Assembly (NCBI GenBank): GCA_002633005.1
Contig: NMRA01000585.1
Coordinates: 198,802-262,801 of the forward strand
Direction: 5' to 3'
DNA from: Phoronis australis
Lineage: Eukaryota; Animalia; Phoronida
Length of the DNA: 64,000 bases
Part shown: positions 25,521-39,149 of the stretch, one piece after another
Layout: every line of letters starts with the position of its first letter
How positions within the stretch are numbered: position 1 is the first letter of the stretch
The notes under the pieces: model-generated
Told to the model about the DNA's origin: nothing
Database searches by the model: none
Seen by the model: the letters and a program-made list of their open reading frames with translations, nothing else
Translations under genes and position numbers: made by a program

Positions 25521-27139
25521 TTAAGACGTGTAGTTGAAACTGGAGCAACTGATCCAGTGCAACTTGATCTACCTATCAAACCGGCCGCAGCGGTGTCACT
25601 TGCTCCTAGTCAGTCGTGTATACACACACACTTTTACTCGATCAGCTGTTCCGTGTTAGCTGCGCCGTGCCTGCTGTTTCTCATGTAAATGCGGCTTAAG
25701 ACCTTATTTATTTATTTCTGTAACGACTCCTCCCAACTAGAGGGTATGAAAGATACAAACTGTCATGAAATTACAACTACATTAAGTTTTTAATTACTCA
25801 CATGCAGAAATACATAACATAACGGTAAACAAAACTAACACCCCGGTGGCGGCCCTTGAAATTTGGACAATATCTTTTACTGATATGCGCTCATATATTA
25901 CATGTGGGTGCATATTACCTGCTGTTACAGTTTTCTAAATTATCACTTCGTTTAGGTTTCACGCAACTTTTGATTTTTTCAAGATTTAAATCATAAAATT
26001 CCTTTTTTGATAGCCCGTCATGCAAAAGGCAAACACTTAAAAAAATCTTAACAGCGTTTAATTGTACATAAACATAATAGTGAAAGTTTCGTATGAATCT
26101 GGTCAGCGGTTTTTGCGATATGATTTTTCCAAAGTAAGCTAAATTTGGGGATTTTTAAGATCCAACATAACCTTAACCATATTTAGGTATGAAAATTAGC
26201 TGTCTATACTGTAAAGTCCTAAACTTTAGAGGGCGAATGCTGATCGGATGGTAATGGGTCATCCTATGCTACAAATATGTTTCAAACCTGCTTTTGAATG
26301 GAAGTGAGTCTGCAATAACAAACCAAGTATTTCATAATTCCAATAAATGTGATCAGTTTATATGAATGAATATATTTTACTAAGTGTAAAAAAAACAATT
26401 AATCTGGCCAAGGAAGATAAAGCATGAACGTCGAAAATCAAAGGCAATGCCAAGTGATCAGTTAGTGCTTTTGATGACTGGGGGCATTTCCCGGCCCTAG
26501 CTTTTATTACTCCGGGCGTCAATTGCATTTTTACAGAATGATTTTATTTGAGCGGATTCAATTAAAGTCGATTTCCACTGACGACATGTTGTCTGGTGAA
26601 CGGACTACGTTTTCTCCCAAAACGCCACTTTACAACGCTCCAAAGCGATGTTTTGCGAGAAAATGGACCCGCCTCGAGGTCCAGCTTCACTCGAAGTACA
26701 GTCGGTCCCGCACCCTGGTGACTACCTTTAACAACTGTTTCCATTCCGTTTGCAGTTTGCCCCCGTGCCGAAGACGGTGGCCAAAAGTTCCAATGTCCCA
26801 CGATCACGAGACGAACAATATGCATAGACGACTTTGAGTTATGCAATGGTCATCACGATTGCCCAGGACGGGAAGACGAAGATCCTGGAATGTGTTTATT
26901 TTACAACGTGGTAAGCTAAACATCGGAACTCATCTCGTGGAGCTTCAAAGCTAAATCCATAATGGCTAATAAATTTCTACTGATTACGAAAAATACAACC
27001 CAAAGCATGGGCGGCACAGCACTGAAAAAAGTGTGGGCTGTTGCCCCCCCCCCAACCCCCTATGGTGCGCCACCCATGAAAAGATAACAAGAGCATATCA
27101 TCATAGAAACACACAATCTTACTTGTTTCTAAATAATAG

Positions 27140-27393
27140 CATGCGCGCACCCAAAGGGAGCTCGGGGGGCTCGAACGAGTCCCCCCATTTGGCGAAGTGG
27201 GCAAAAAGGTCAGCCCCTGAGAAACAAAAAGTCCGAGAAAATGAGACAAAAGTCCACTAAACAAGCACAAACACTCAATTCACGAGGGTGTCCCCTTTTT
27301 TATTTTATTTTTTTTAGTCCGCTTTTTGTTACCAAAAGGTCCACATCGTCAGGAATTCGAGCCTCCCCATATTGAAGGCTGGGTGCGCGCATG
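27140..27393. mobile_element. hAT-like MITE (TIR catgcgcgcaccca)
   Basis: Perfect inverted termini; related fragments at ~16877-17030, 28810-28890 (minus), 42458 and 42633; a tiny related element at 27006-27078. Confidence 0.75.
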
Positions 27394-28349
27394 AATAGTC
27401 ATATAGCAGTTGTACGCCCCGGACTGTGGGCTCTCATTGCATTAATGGTAAGAAAAATGCTGTGCTAAACCTTACACTTTGAAAGAAAATGTTCCTTTCT
27501 TATCCTCCTCAAGCATTGGAGCAAGCTTCAAAACTTTCAACTTGGAGAAATTTTTAGTAATGGTTGAAGACCTATCTTTCTGTCAAAGCTACACTTCGCC
27601 CTGTTTGGCTGGCTAAAAACGAACATTGAATTAGGCCTTTTACTCTAACAAACTCGGTGTAATAATATTCCTCACCGTGATAGGATTTGTTACCAGCTCA
27701 GGTCAAAGATAAGACGTACATGCGCCATTTTCGATTTCGCAATTTACGCTTGGCCAAACCTCAGTAAAGTCTGACAGTAATTTTTTGAGCCACTGATGGT
27801 TCCTATGGCCATAGGCCTACAGTTGACGGGAATGGAATCATGTCACTATAAAGGACCAGTATGATGCCGATTTTATGAGAGCAAAATTTTTCAATTTTTG
27901 ATTTTGGTCAATTAAAGAGAGTGGAATTTAGATTTAGCGTAAAATTCTTTCGGGCTGTGTTGCAAAACGAATTACATCCAGATTGTAAAAAATAATCAGA
28001 GCGCTCTTAACAATATCGTGTGCTCACGGGCACAGCAGTGCACTGGATACCCTCTTATACCACCCAAATGTTCATAGCAATAAAAATGTAAATTGTGTAC
28101 CAACAAGTACATGCGTGTTTATCGATAGGCCTACCGGTACGCCAACCGCAGTGCAATAATTAACGAACACTGTTAAATTATTGAACAGTATTAATTAATT
28201 AATTAAGTGCTTTTCAAAATATCAGTGAATCAAGGAAATGAAAAATGTGACAGCCGGACCAGGCACGAACCTCGCAAGCGAAAGTGGTATAGCGTGGTAT
28301 TACCTGTTAAGTTAATTGCTTTTTAAAGCATATTGAGCCCAACATCGTC

Positions 28350-29150
28350 GGGTACTTTGTTAATTGCCCAACTGTGCTGCGAAGAAGGTTTTCCACAAGT
28401 TTCCGACTTGGAAACGAATGTTCTCTTGCGCAAGTTTGTCACCATATACACAAAAACACTCCGAGTGAATTTCAAAAGTTGGAAACACCAATTTTAGTTG
28501 ATCGAAAACCACTTTTCTGTACATTCCGGCCAGAAAGAGTATGGCAGTTGGCACTAAATAGTGCTTGTGAGCTGCTCTCATTCGTTGAGGAGGTCAGCAT
28601 GATCAAGGTCTTCATCATACACACTCATAAGGTGTTCACAGTTCATGTAGAGCTCCTCAGAATCGAGTGTTTTCAATTCACTGAGGACTGAAAACAAATT
28701 TCCACTGACAGATAGTTCTTCATCTGATCCATCATTGCTGACAAGCTGCACGCTTCGCTTTCGTCATGTAATTGTTGTAGTCAATGAGTTGTGCCGAATT
28801 CCTGCCTTTTGGTGGACTTATGTCTCATTTTCTCTGTGGCGGACTTTTTTTGCCCACTTCGCCAAATGGGGGGAGGGGTGGGAGCATGCGCTTGACCACA
28901 AGGTTTCTGTTCCCAAAATATGAGCATGGAAGGTCCCAGCAGTGCGCAGAAGAGCAAAAAGGGTACAGGGGCTGAACAAAGTCAAAACATTTAACTAGAC
29001 AGCTGCTTCCACTCCCACGAAATTAAGATTGTGACCGGTACTGGTACACGGAAGGCGTTTGTTTGTAGAATCCATACACGTAGTCCTGCATAGACTCCAG
29101 ACATATTTGAAGCATTGTCATACGCTTGACCACGACAGTTTGCCAAGTGG
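28350..29150 (-). pseudogene. hAT (Tip100/ZMYM1-like) transposase remnant
   Basis: Minus-strand LANCRGQAYDNASNMSGVYAGL and PCT..GHNLNFVG motifs; frameshifted. Confidence 0.8.
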
Positions 29151-32062
29151 AAATATCTCGTTTACGAGTCGGCTCACATGAACTACCAAACGACAAGTCG
29201 TGGAAATCGACATTTCGTGAGACCGCTCAAAATAGTTCGACAAGGAGACAATTTACGAAAAATTGAAGCAAATATTATCAGAAGTAGAAATGGTCGTTTT
29301 GCATGATTGCTTTTGAAGCCTGATATTATATCATGTCATGCTTTGTCCGTCTCAAAATACCGCGTGTGGTTATATGTAGAGATAACATTTTGACCGGATC
29401 GTAGTAATATATTTCACGGTAATGGCTTACGAACTAAGCTTAAATGGCGCAAAAGTAGGTGACTGAACCGGGGCTGAGTTTCATAACAAGAATAACGCGA
29501 CGAGACTGAACATGTGCATGGCAATACCTTGAGAAGTTTTACGTGATGTTAGCCTCGCAAGTATATTGTGTCGACGGAACGGGAACCACGCGAGTTTTAA
29601 AATTCTTTTCAAATGTATGATGAAAACAATTTCAGATTTCAGTCTGAAAGCGGTGCGTTCCTGAAATTTTAAGTTAGATGAGTGCATTGGCGGCAGGTCT
29701 GCCGTGGCGATGGGAGTCACATCCTCGAATAGTTGACGACTTCATATCTACCTGTGACATAAACGCTATAGGAGTGTTTTGAAAAAACCAATTATTTGTT
29801 TTAAACTAATTATCATACTTTACTCTTTCAGGTAAATGAGAAATTGCGTCACATGACTCGATCAATTACCGAGAATTAATTAGTCCTCGGTAATCGCCGT
29901 TTTTTCTTCGTGGAAAGAAATGGGACGTCCAGTGGAGGAGGCCTTGCTGAAAACAATGACACAAGTTCATTGAAAACTTGAGAACATTTCTGCGAATCTA
30001 GCTGCTAAGAAGACGGTTTTAGCTGGCGTCTCGATGGGATTACAGTGCGACAATCAACATGAAGGGAAGTGAAGGGTTCTACCACTAGACGGAGCTAGTG
30101 AACGAGATCTACCGACGTCGTTTATCCGGCTGAATGAGAAGTCTGCAATAAATCATTCACAAACTAAAGCAAAATTACAAAACAGATGGCGCATTTCATA
30201 CGGCACTTGCTTAATTCTCATGTAGACGAGATTTCCTTAACACTAAATATCAACAACATTTGCAATAAGATTGATCAACATACTGAATATTGTTGCTTCG
30301 ACGGAGACCCCGCACAGTTGGACGAAACCGTGATTTTGTTAATTGTCAGTCATAGATCTGAATAAATTATTTTTTCCTTAAAACACAGGGAATTTCTTAC
30401 ACGTTTTTATTTCTACAGTTTGTAGGAAACGTTTGCACCACCAACAGCAATATCAGAGGCGTATCGGGGGCGTTCGAGTTGGAAAGTCTTTACGGTATTG
30501 TATGTTCCCCTAAACGGCAAGGTTTCTCACAGTACTGAACAACCATTCAATTTAAACAATTAATTCTGATTAACCAACAGGAAAAAGGTTTCACAATTTC
30601 AAGGGGGGGAGGGGAGAGGCATACATCCACCCAACCGATCTGCACCTGAAATGCACAAGTTCAGATGTGTGCGAAGTACTATCTACCTACAATCTGTAAG
30701 ATTTCCTACCTTATGCAGTGTAACAATCAAGACAAATTTAACAGTAAAGTCACACACGAGAAACGTTATTTTTGTCTGGACACGCAAAACAAAATGTCGC
30801 ATTATCATGATCGTCCATCAGTGACAAACTTTGCTAGGTGATCTAACGATAACAAAGATGATAGTAACACAAAATGCCATTCATGTTTACAAAGAGCATT
30901 GCAAAGTCAATTGTTCTTTATTATATTTCAGATGGTATTCTAATATCATACACATAATGAATAAAAAGTGTACATACATTTAAAACAAAGTCTGACAAAA
31001 TACTTTATCAACAATTAACAAAAACATATTATTTTATTTTGCAATGATCTCTAAGCACAGATTTGATCTTGATCACAAAACAATTAGGATTTCTAAACAC
31101 ATAACCTATAAATCAATAGGATGGTGCTGGGACTGAATTAAGATTATTGCAAGGCAACATAAAGCCTACAACAATACTACAGTTATTGGAATAGATAATA
31201 TACAAAACAATTTAAACAGACAATGCAAACATATTACACTATACTGTTAAAATGGAAAGTCACAAAAACACAAATTATCACAAGTCATATGTTTTCTGAA
31301 CCATTTCCTGTATCTTGACAACCCTGAGTGGGGTTTGAAATAATTACTACTCATAGACAATATTTATCACATACACTGAATCATAAACTATGAAGATGGG
31401 AAGCAAAATTTCAATCTGCCTAGAATAAGGTGCTGAGCTCTATTCAAAATTGATTTCCACTTCTTAAAATTAAAATACAATTATTTATCGGCAATCATCC
31501 ATAACAAATATTAATTACTTCACTTACAAATTCTCACAATGAAAAATAAAAATATATTAATAAAACTAGAACAACATGGTAGAACTGTGATAATACAATA
31601 ATGGCAAAATTTATTCTCATCATGGTCCATTACCCCCAATGGGCTGCATCCAATCCAGCATCAAATCTTCTATACCTGCCTGACCTTAGCGCTCACATGA
31701 CACTATTTGTAAGTGCGCATATCTCTGAATCAAGAGCTACAAACATGGGGCTATCCTGATCCCACCTAGCCTGCATACAAGCTCAAAAGAGATTAACTAG
31801 CTAAATATTCTCTAGGTTGGGACAGTCTCTAAATCTCAGACACCGAAGGCATTAAAGATTGGGACGTGTGGGGGATTTTGGCATTGTATTTTCCAAATAT
31901 CGACACAGGGCTTTGTCTGAGTCAGAAAATGGTGATAATGAATAGTCCCAGAATGATATGGTGGCCTAAATATCATAAATATCATACATATCATTATCAT
32001 TGCTAAAAATTCTTATAACACCACATTACCTACGTCATGGCACACAGTATATTCTTTTATAT

Positions 32063-35000
32063 TCAATCACACAAAAAATCTAACTGCCCTCTGTAACTGT
32101 GGCAGTTGATATATTTAGGCCTTGCTCCTGCTTGATTTCCATTAGGCTTCAGAGGCTATAAAAACACAAAAAATTCAACAAAAGACAAACAGTACACGTC
32201 TCTCATTTCATTGACTGTTGAATTTGTCAGGTGCCATATCACAAAATGAACATGCTACTAAACACCTGCACCCAGCCAGTTGCATGAAACAGTTCAAAAT
32301 GGTTCCCTAAATCTTGTGTCCTTCTTTACTCAGAGATGTAATATTTTTATCACTTTATCTTTATAATAAGCCCCTCTTTAACAAATGACATTTTTAGTAA
32401 CATAATAAAAAACGAGCCCTTAGTACAATGAAAATAAATAGGGACATGTATGAAAAATCCTCACGATTTGACTCAAAGCCAAAAACTGTCTTAGAAATGA
32501 AGCTAAAATAGCATTACAAAATACAATCAGTGTTTTCACCAGTCCAAAAAAAACCACCAGATTTAGGGAACTTAGTTGGGTCCCTATTTGGGACTGTTTC
32601 ATGCAACCAGGTACCCTGGATAGAGAGTGAAAACAACAACTCCACTTTTTCTTCAGCGATGTGCACTATAACTTTCATCAAGCCAGTATTTTCTTTCAAG
32701 ATAATACGGACTTCCTTGATGTGTGGAGTCAAAACTTAACACAAACTAGTTCGGAACTCACTATTTACCGTATTCGCCCTAATAAGCGCCCACGCCACTA
32801 TAAGTGTCCGCATGCGTTTTCAGACTTTGCTAAAATAAGCGCCCAGCCTATGAACGTGTATATACTCAAAATGCCTAACCTACAGGTCTAAAATTCTACA
32901 GTAACGTCTCCAATTGATCAATGAGATTTGACAGTCCTGAAAAAAATCATTGTGTGTGGAATTTGCAGACCACGACCATCACCGCTATGTCGGTATTTAG
33001 CCGTGACTATACACTTCAAACTTCCACCGTGCCACTTCAAAAAGAACGCAAGTTTTGCTGACCTTGCGAGGGACGTGTCCTAGTACGGTCTGGCCTTTCA
33101 GAACAGATGCAGCGTACTTGTCAAAGGGATTGTATTGTATTGTATGTTTCCCGTACAGATCTTCTCCATCAACAAGGATCCAAATTTGTTTGTTGTACAC
33201 GTGAACCGCGAATCGAAGACTAATAAAAACATGACCGGTGTTAAAGCCATGTAGTCAGGAAGCGCACGCAACATACAAGTGCCTATTCATGAAACGGGTG
33301 ACTAGCATAATATCGCAACAAAATAAATATTGGCATTAATTTCCAACAGTTTCTAACACCGTAGAAAATAAATCCGAAACTAAAAGAGGCGATCCAGGTC
33401 CTCTAAAGGATACAATTGTTTGTCAAAAAGTAGAATAAATATACGTAAATAAAACAACAAAATGGATTACTGAAATTTTCGGATATATTAACATCCATCG
33501 TCAACAGAAACAGAAATAAAGTTCAATCAAACACTATATGACAATTGACATCTGATATATCAGATGAGATCAACAAGTGCTAAATAAATCGCGTCCTGCT
33601 TTTATTACTGCTTGTGTTACGGTTACAATGCACACCTAGATCGGTACATCGGATTTACTCTGGCAAATGAACTCTGACGAAACGCACGCGCTCGCTCACT
33701 CACACATGCAGACAAACTTCAAAAACAAACATCACGTGACAAAAACATTGTGTGTTCGCCCAGAGATATTTCTCCTGTTACGGGATGCAATCTAGCACAA
33801 ATTTGGACTTAATACGCAGTTAATCCCAACTCCAGTGGCGGATTTAGAGGGGGGGGCATGCCCCCTAAAATTCTCCCAGATTCCCTCTGCCAGTTCGGGG
33901 GTGAGAATGTCTAAAGGGCAAAATCCTGGCTAAGGCTAATACTCTGCACTGGTCCCCCCAAAACACAAAATCCTGGATCCGCCCCAGGACTTCACAGGCA
34001 CTCAAAAAATCTTAGGGACGCTATTTTGAAAACTTCAGGAGGACTTCAAGTAATTGTTGAGTCGAAACTAAATTTTAATTCAAGAATTCAAGTTGACCTA
34101 TCGGCGATCGTGAGGCAGCGACGCATGAGTCGGCGAATTTTCGCCCTGGGATTTCAGCACGATTTTTTAAAAAATGATCGTAATTTAACACCTAAGTTCG
34201 ATAGCAATGTACCGCAATTTTGTAGAAAGTCTGTCATAGGTTACAGATGCGTCACAGAGCGTAAATTTGATGAATCCTAGCTTACGATTTCACCCGTTTC
34301 GGAGAACTGGTTTCAACCACTGTGTGCTATATTATGCACCCCCCTCCCGGAAGCGAATTTGTCTATGCGCCCTGGGCGCTTATTAGCGTGAATACGGTAG
34401 GCCTAGAAGCATAGTTGATTCTGGTATTTAGTTGTTCTGAAAACCAATTCAGTGATGGAATATTTTCTTAGTTTATTTTTCAAGACAAAAATTCACAAAC
34501 TACCAGCTAGTCCATTTCTTCACTAATTCATTAAAACAATGCTTAAAACATTTTTTTTCCATTTAAGACAATCACTAACAACTTTCATAAGTATTTTTTC
34601 AAAATGCAATGCTCGCATAGTATGAAGTTATATTTTTTCATTCCATTGCTACCCATAATGTTTTTTAAACTATTACAATGGTCTTCATCGTCTGAAAGTT
34701 TCACAGAAAACTTCCCCTTAATTTTCAGTTATTCTATGGAAATGTATGGCATTGCAAAACATACATTCAAACATTGACATCGATGACAGAAAAAACCAGT
34801 AGGCGGTTAGTAGTTTAATTTCTTGAAAGAATTACAAATGCCCATTTTATGTATTACATAACAAGCACATCATTACCGTATCAACTTACCTCATTCAAAA
34901 TAAGGCCCCAGGGATTTGGCAGATTTGGTTTCCTTAAGGATTCTGGCACAAAACGAAGTCCCAGCAAAAACTCTCGATCGTAAGTTCTAAGTTGCCCTAA

Positions 35001-38000
35001 AAGGTTATGTTTACACACAGTGAACAACTGAATCCTCGTCGCATGACATCATCAACTAGAACATGATCCCCACCCTTGACACGCATTTATGAATAGGCTT
35101 CACTTGCTGCATGGCTAGGGCAGATCATGCAGTGGCCAAAATTCCTTTGATATCCCAAGAGACAAAAGCAACTCGCCTAGCCTAATCTTGGTGTAGCAAA
35201 GTCTGTAAATGCTATTGCCATGTCATGAACATTGGAAGATTGAAAATAAAATCCATCCACTTTGCTTGGACCCCATTAACACAGTACAGGGGGCATGTAT
35301 CACCAGGATTGGGCTTTATGTTGAAATTTCCCAAGGGACAAAACGGCCTGTTGGGTGAGACTTGAAATTAAAATCAAGTGGCCAGGTTATGTCAAATATC
35401 AGAGGACACTCAATGGCTTTTTTGAACCACAGTTGAATTAACCTGCCCCCATTTCACTGAAAATTGACGCCTGCTGGGTTGGCTGGATATTTTGAGTGGC
35501 ATGCATATGCTTGACTTTTGAGTCTGTTCTGAGTAAAATATTGCCAGTTGTTGACCCATTGACCTACTATTCGCTAAGTCGTGGCTTTTCTCAAACCTTT
35601 ACCAGGTGCGCATGCAAAGAAGAGGAGAATTAGAAAGTATCCGAGTCAAAAAATACCTGATAGGTCTGAGGGTAAGGGTTGCTGCTGTTGTCGCGGAAGT
35701 AGAGGTGGGGGAAGTCTAACCGGTACATCATTGAAATGCCGTCTTGGCTGCTGCAAGTAAGAATGAGGTATTTTCAGAGCTGGTGATTTAACAGGAAGGA
35801 AATTCCACATGGGACGTTATCGACCACTTTGTGTATTTAGTCAAACAAATACTAAATTATAGATTTTAAATCCATGTAGAAAGTCTGCATAATTGGATCT
35901 GCCATTAGTTGGGTCACATGGCTAAGTCTTATTAGGAAAGCTAAGCAAAAAAGAAAGGAGTATTCATATTGAAATTGGGGTATCAATAACATAACTATTT
36001 ATTTGATACAAAACTTCAAGGTTAAATTTCAAAAACAAACCGTTACAGTTTTCTAAATTATCATTTACGTAATTCTCCTCAGTATGCAACTATTGCATTA
36101 GGTTATAAAGGCACATTCCTTTTCAATAGCCAATCAAGCAAAAGTGAGTTATACATTTGTGAAAACAATTCCTAACAGCTAAATAAAACATCAAGCTTCA
36201 TATGAATCTGATCAGCTGTTTCTAAAACAAGATGGCTCTGAAGTAAATTATACTTATCTAAGGGTCGTTCATAACTTTAACCAAAAAATAATTTGCATAT
36301 GAGGAAGAATTTTCCAATAACACCCCTGCTGGCCACTTCAATTTCCTAGAAATGTCTAATCAGCTTACTTAATTCCCTTAAAATTACGTAAGTGAAATTG
36401 TATTTTTAAAAAACACAACATATTATGCAGGCATCAAAGTTTAAAAAATTGACAATGAATTCCTAATTTTATTTCATGTTGCATCCTGTTTTTAATAACT
36501 GTAACCAGGTTGACAAGGCATGATGTATTTTTAATTGAGCTTCTTGCTGCATAGCAGGATAATAATGGAGAAGTGAGTGATTTTGGTTTAACAAGTACTC
36601 ATCATTTTGCTCAAGTGTATTATCCTTCAGTCAACTATCTCTAAGATCAAGAAATGCCACTAAATGACCAACCTAGTATTGATTACTGGTAGCTTAAACT
36701 GGCCCTTTTCACAAAGGGATTGAAATTAAACATAGTTATTGCTAGAGACCCTATTCAGCTGAAGAGCACCACAATCTTCATATTAAAGAAATGCCACTGC
36801 TTAGAAAGCTGGTTTTGTGACATTTCTGTCAAAAACACCAAATTTGCCAAGACACCTGGTTGCTATGGTAGCAAAAACCTGGTGATAGATTTACCTAAGA
36901 GAACGACATTGCTCTTTTTCCGATGTACAACAACACCACAACAATACAATAAGCCCATCAAAATTAAGCACTCTAAACTTTGATTGAAAGCTCATAAAGT
37001 TTGGATCTGTATAGATGAAGCTAAGCAGTTGTCTTAAACAATTTTCCCTTTAAAACAATAACTTTGAGCAGACCAAACAGTAACAAAATGCTACACAAAG
37101 AGCAAGATAGATGACTGGATTCAACTTACCTGATAGCGAGAGGTTGCTAACGGGGTGTGGTGGAATTCCAATGCAGAATCTGCTGACCTGGCAGTGGCTC
37201 TGGTAATTCCACTGGAAGATGTTGCATCATCCAATGCCTTCCCGGTCTTTGGATTTACAATAAGCAAAGGCTTACGCTCTCTTCTTGGAAGCACAGGACC
37301 GGAATATGGAGTCATTTCGTGGATACCTACAAAAAATTTAATGAGACAGTTATTCAATTGCTTATGAAATAAATGACTGTAACAGTGGTTGAACAAGAAA
37401 CTTTGTGTTATTTCAAGCATTACAATGTAACAAAATCCGACTTGAATGCATGTTCTTCTTAAATCAACATTAGTTTCTGTATGGTTTCAAGTGCGATTTG
37501 TTTACTAGTATATAATACCGTTTTTTTCTTCCTTTCTTCTATAATTAAATCATCAAAAACTCAATCCATCAAAGAAATGAAAATGATCTCTACTTAAAGG
37601 GCAAAATAATTGTTATACTCAATTCAATTTTAAAATTTTCTATACTGTACCTGGAAATAGAGATCCCATGGGAGCCTCATAGACATCATTTTGATGCTGT
37701 GGGTCCAGGTGCTGATGCACAGTGTCAACTGTATCTAACTGTGACCTTTTCTACAATCAATGCAACTGAACTTCAGTTGTATTTCATCACTAAGAAAATT
37801 GTTTAATCAGTGACAAAACTTCCCTAAACCTCAATGAAACAGAAGTTTGGGGCAAATATAAGACCTAGTCATGCTTTTCTGAAAGACACACCCCTGAATA
37901 CTAATTGAAACATTGAAAAGACGCGATGAGGTGTTGATCTGAAGTGAATTAACTGCAACTGCCGGTTTGGAAAGAGAATTTCAAACTACATAAACTCAAC

Positions 38001-39149
38001 AGTGACAATTTACTCGATTTCTAAAAAATAGATAATTATAAACAAGTTCAAATGTCATGTTGCTATATTGATGTCTAATTTTTCATCCAATGTCATAAGC
38101 CAATTACAAAATACAATTACCTTCTCACCAAACTGAACGTCTTGAGGAGATGAACCAATAGCCTCATCATTAGAATCATGCTTCAACGGATCAGCAAAGG
38201 TTTCATCAGCAGAGCTTGACCCAGTATTCCCTGATTGACTTACTGAATCCTCAGGGTACTTAAGATCCAATGGTTTGTGGGCAGTAGTCAACTTCAATCC
38301 AACTGACACATCTTCAGTTTGAACATCAAAAGCTGGTTCAATGGTACTGCACACTAGCATAGGGAGGTTAACTGCTGTCAAACGATTATGGAAATACCTT
38401 CCTTTACTAAGCCTCTCAACAACAGTTGCAGATTCACGTGTGTTTTGCACATATTGTACAGTTTTGCTCATTGTTTCCTGCTTTCCTTCCATATTGGTTA
38501 TGTTTGCAGTCATTTGGTCACGTAAGACATGCATCTTTGCTTTTAAGTCTTCTAGTAAGTCTTCCTCCATCTTCTTCAGCATGTCTCGAACTTTCTCAAA
38601 GTGTCCAGAAATTACTAAACTAATACGCTGTTCCTCCTCATTACATAAATTCAGTTGTTTGTTTAGTATTTCAACGCAGTTTGCGGTGAATTCACACTTT
38701 GGCTTGATACTCTCCAAAAGACCACCTACTTTTTTATTATTTTGTTCATCAGCAACATGAAAGTCAAGCATTTCATGCTCAGGGTGACTATCTTTGCAAT
38801 ACACACAGAGTGGTATTTCACACTGATCACAGAACATTGTGATTTCTTGTTTAGTGTGAATGGGACACATTAATGAAGAATCTTCGGAAGGAAGGAATGT
38901 TACCATGCTTTTGAAAGGAAAATTGTCTTTTAGACCACTGACTCCATCTGCTGGTACGATGGTATCTTTCTTACATATAGGACATTCAATGATTCCACGC
39001 TTCCTTGTAGTAGCAATGTGATCATTAATGCAACTTGTACAAAATGAATGTTGGCATGGTAGAACCTTGGGATCAGTAAAAACCGACAGACACAACGGAC
39101 AAGTGAGCTCTTCTCGAATTCCTAATAAAGCTGCAGTGTTGCTGGCCAT
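32063..39149 (-). CDS. TRIM (RING-B-box-coiled coil) protein fused to eIF4G N-terminal PABP- and eIF4E-binding motifs, ~539 aa
   Basis: Exons 39149-38121, 37750-37651, 37326-37130, 35750-35657, 34996-34890, 32155-32063. All GT-AG, phases 0/1/0/1/0 chain, 1620 nt with no internal stop. Confidence 0.85.
32270..32612. mobile_element. PIF/Harbinger-like MITE
   Basis: gttgcatgaaacagt ... actgtttcatgcaac inverted termini; second copy at 51178-55625. Confidence 0.75.
32768..34397. mobile_element. Tc/pogo-like non-autonomous DNA transposon carrying a HIRAN-like fragment
   Basis: TA|ccgtattcgccctaataagcgccca ... tgggcgcttattagcgtgaatacgg|TA; ORF 32997-33200 (NPFDKYAASV..GHVPRK); nested MITE 33833-33987. 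Confidence 0.8.
34890..34996 (-). CDS. Exon with eIF4E-binding motif (RTYDREFLLGLRFVPESLRKPNLPNPWGLILNE)
   Basis: ccttttag acceptor and GAG|gtaagt donor; the YxxxxL-phi motif is identical to eIF4G YDREFLL; too short for the ORF track. Confidence 0.92.
37130..37326 (-). CDS. Exon with eIF4G-type PABP-binding motif (RRERKPLLIVNPKTGK)
   Basis: tttttgtag acceptor and CAG|gtaagt donor; resembles human eIF4G1 KRERKTIRIRDPNQGGK. Confidence 0.8.
38121..39149 (-). CDS. TRIM exon: C3HC4 RING, B-box 2, coiled coil
   Basis: CPLC..PCQHSFCTSC..CPIC RING; CPIH..FCDQC..CVYC..H..H B-box; heptad region; gccATGG start; AAG|gtaatt donor. Confidence 0.95.

Larger units (their letters stand above)
23597..25699. 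mobile_element. PIF/Harbinger-like MITE shell enclosing the Kolobok element
   Basis: ttaagccgcatgcacgagagaca ... tgtttctcatgtaaatgcggcttaa inverted termini. Confidence 0.6.

Noticed and set aside
35300-35600. Possible additional exon of the TRIM chimera
   Set aside because: Available acceptors hit stops in the required phase, and 35657 joins 34996 cleanly without it
38055-38120. C-terminus of the 364-aa ORF-track TRIM (VIVFCNW...NIAT)
   Set aside because: Lies after an AAG|gtaatt donor that joins in frame to downstream exons; probably intron read-through
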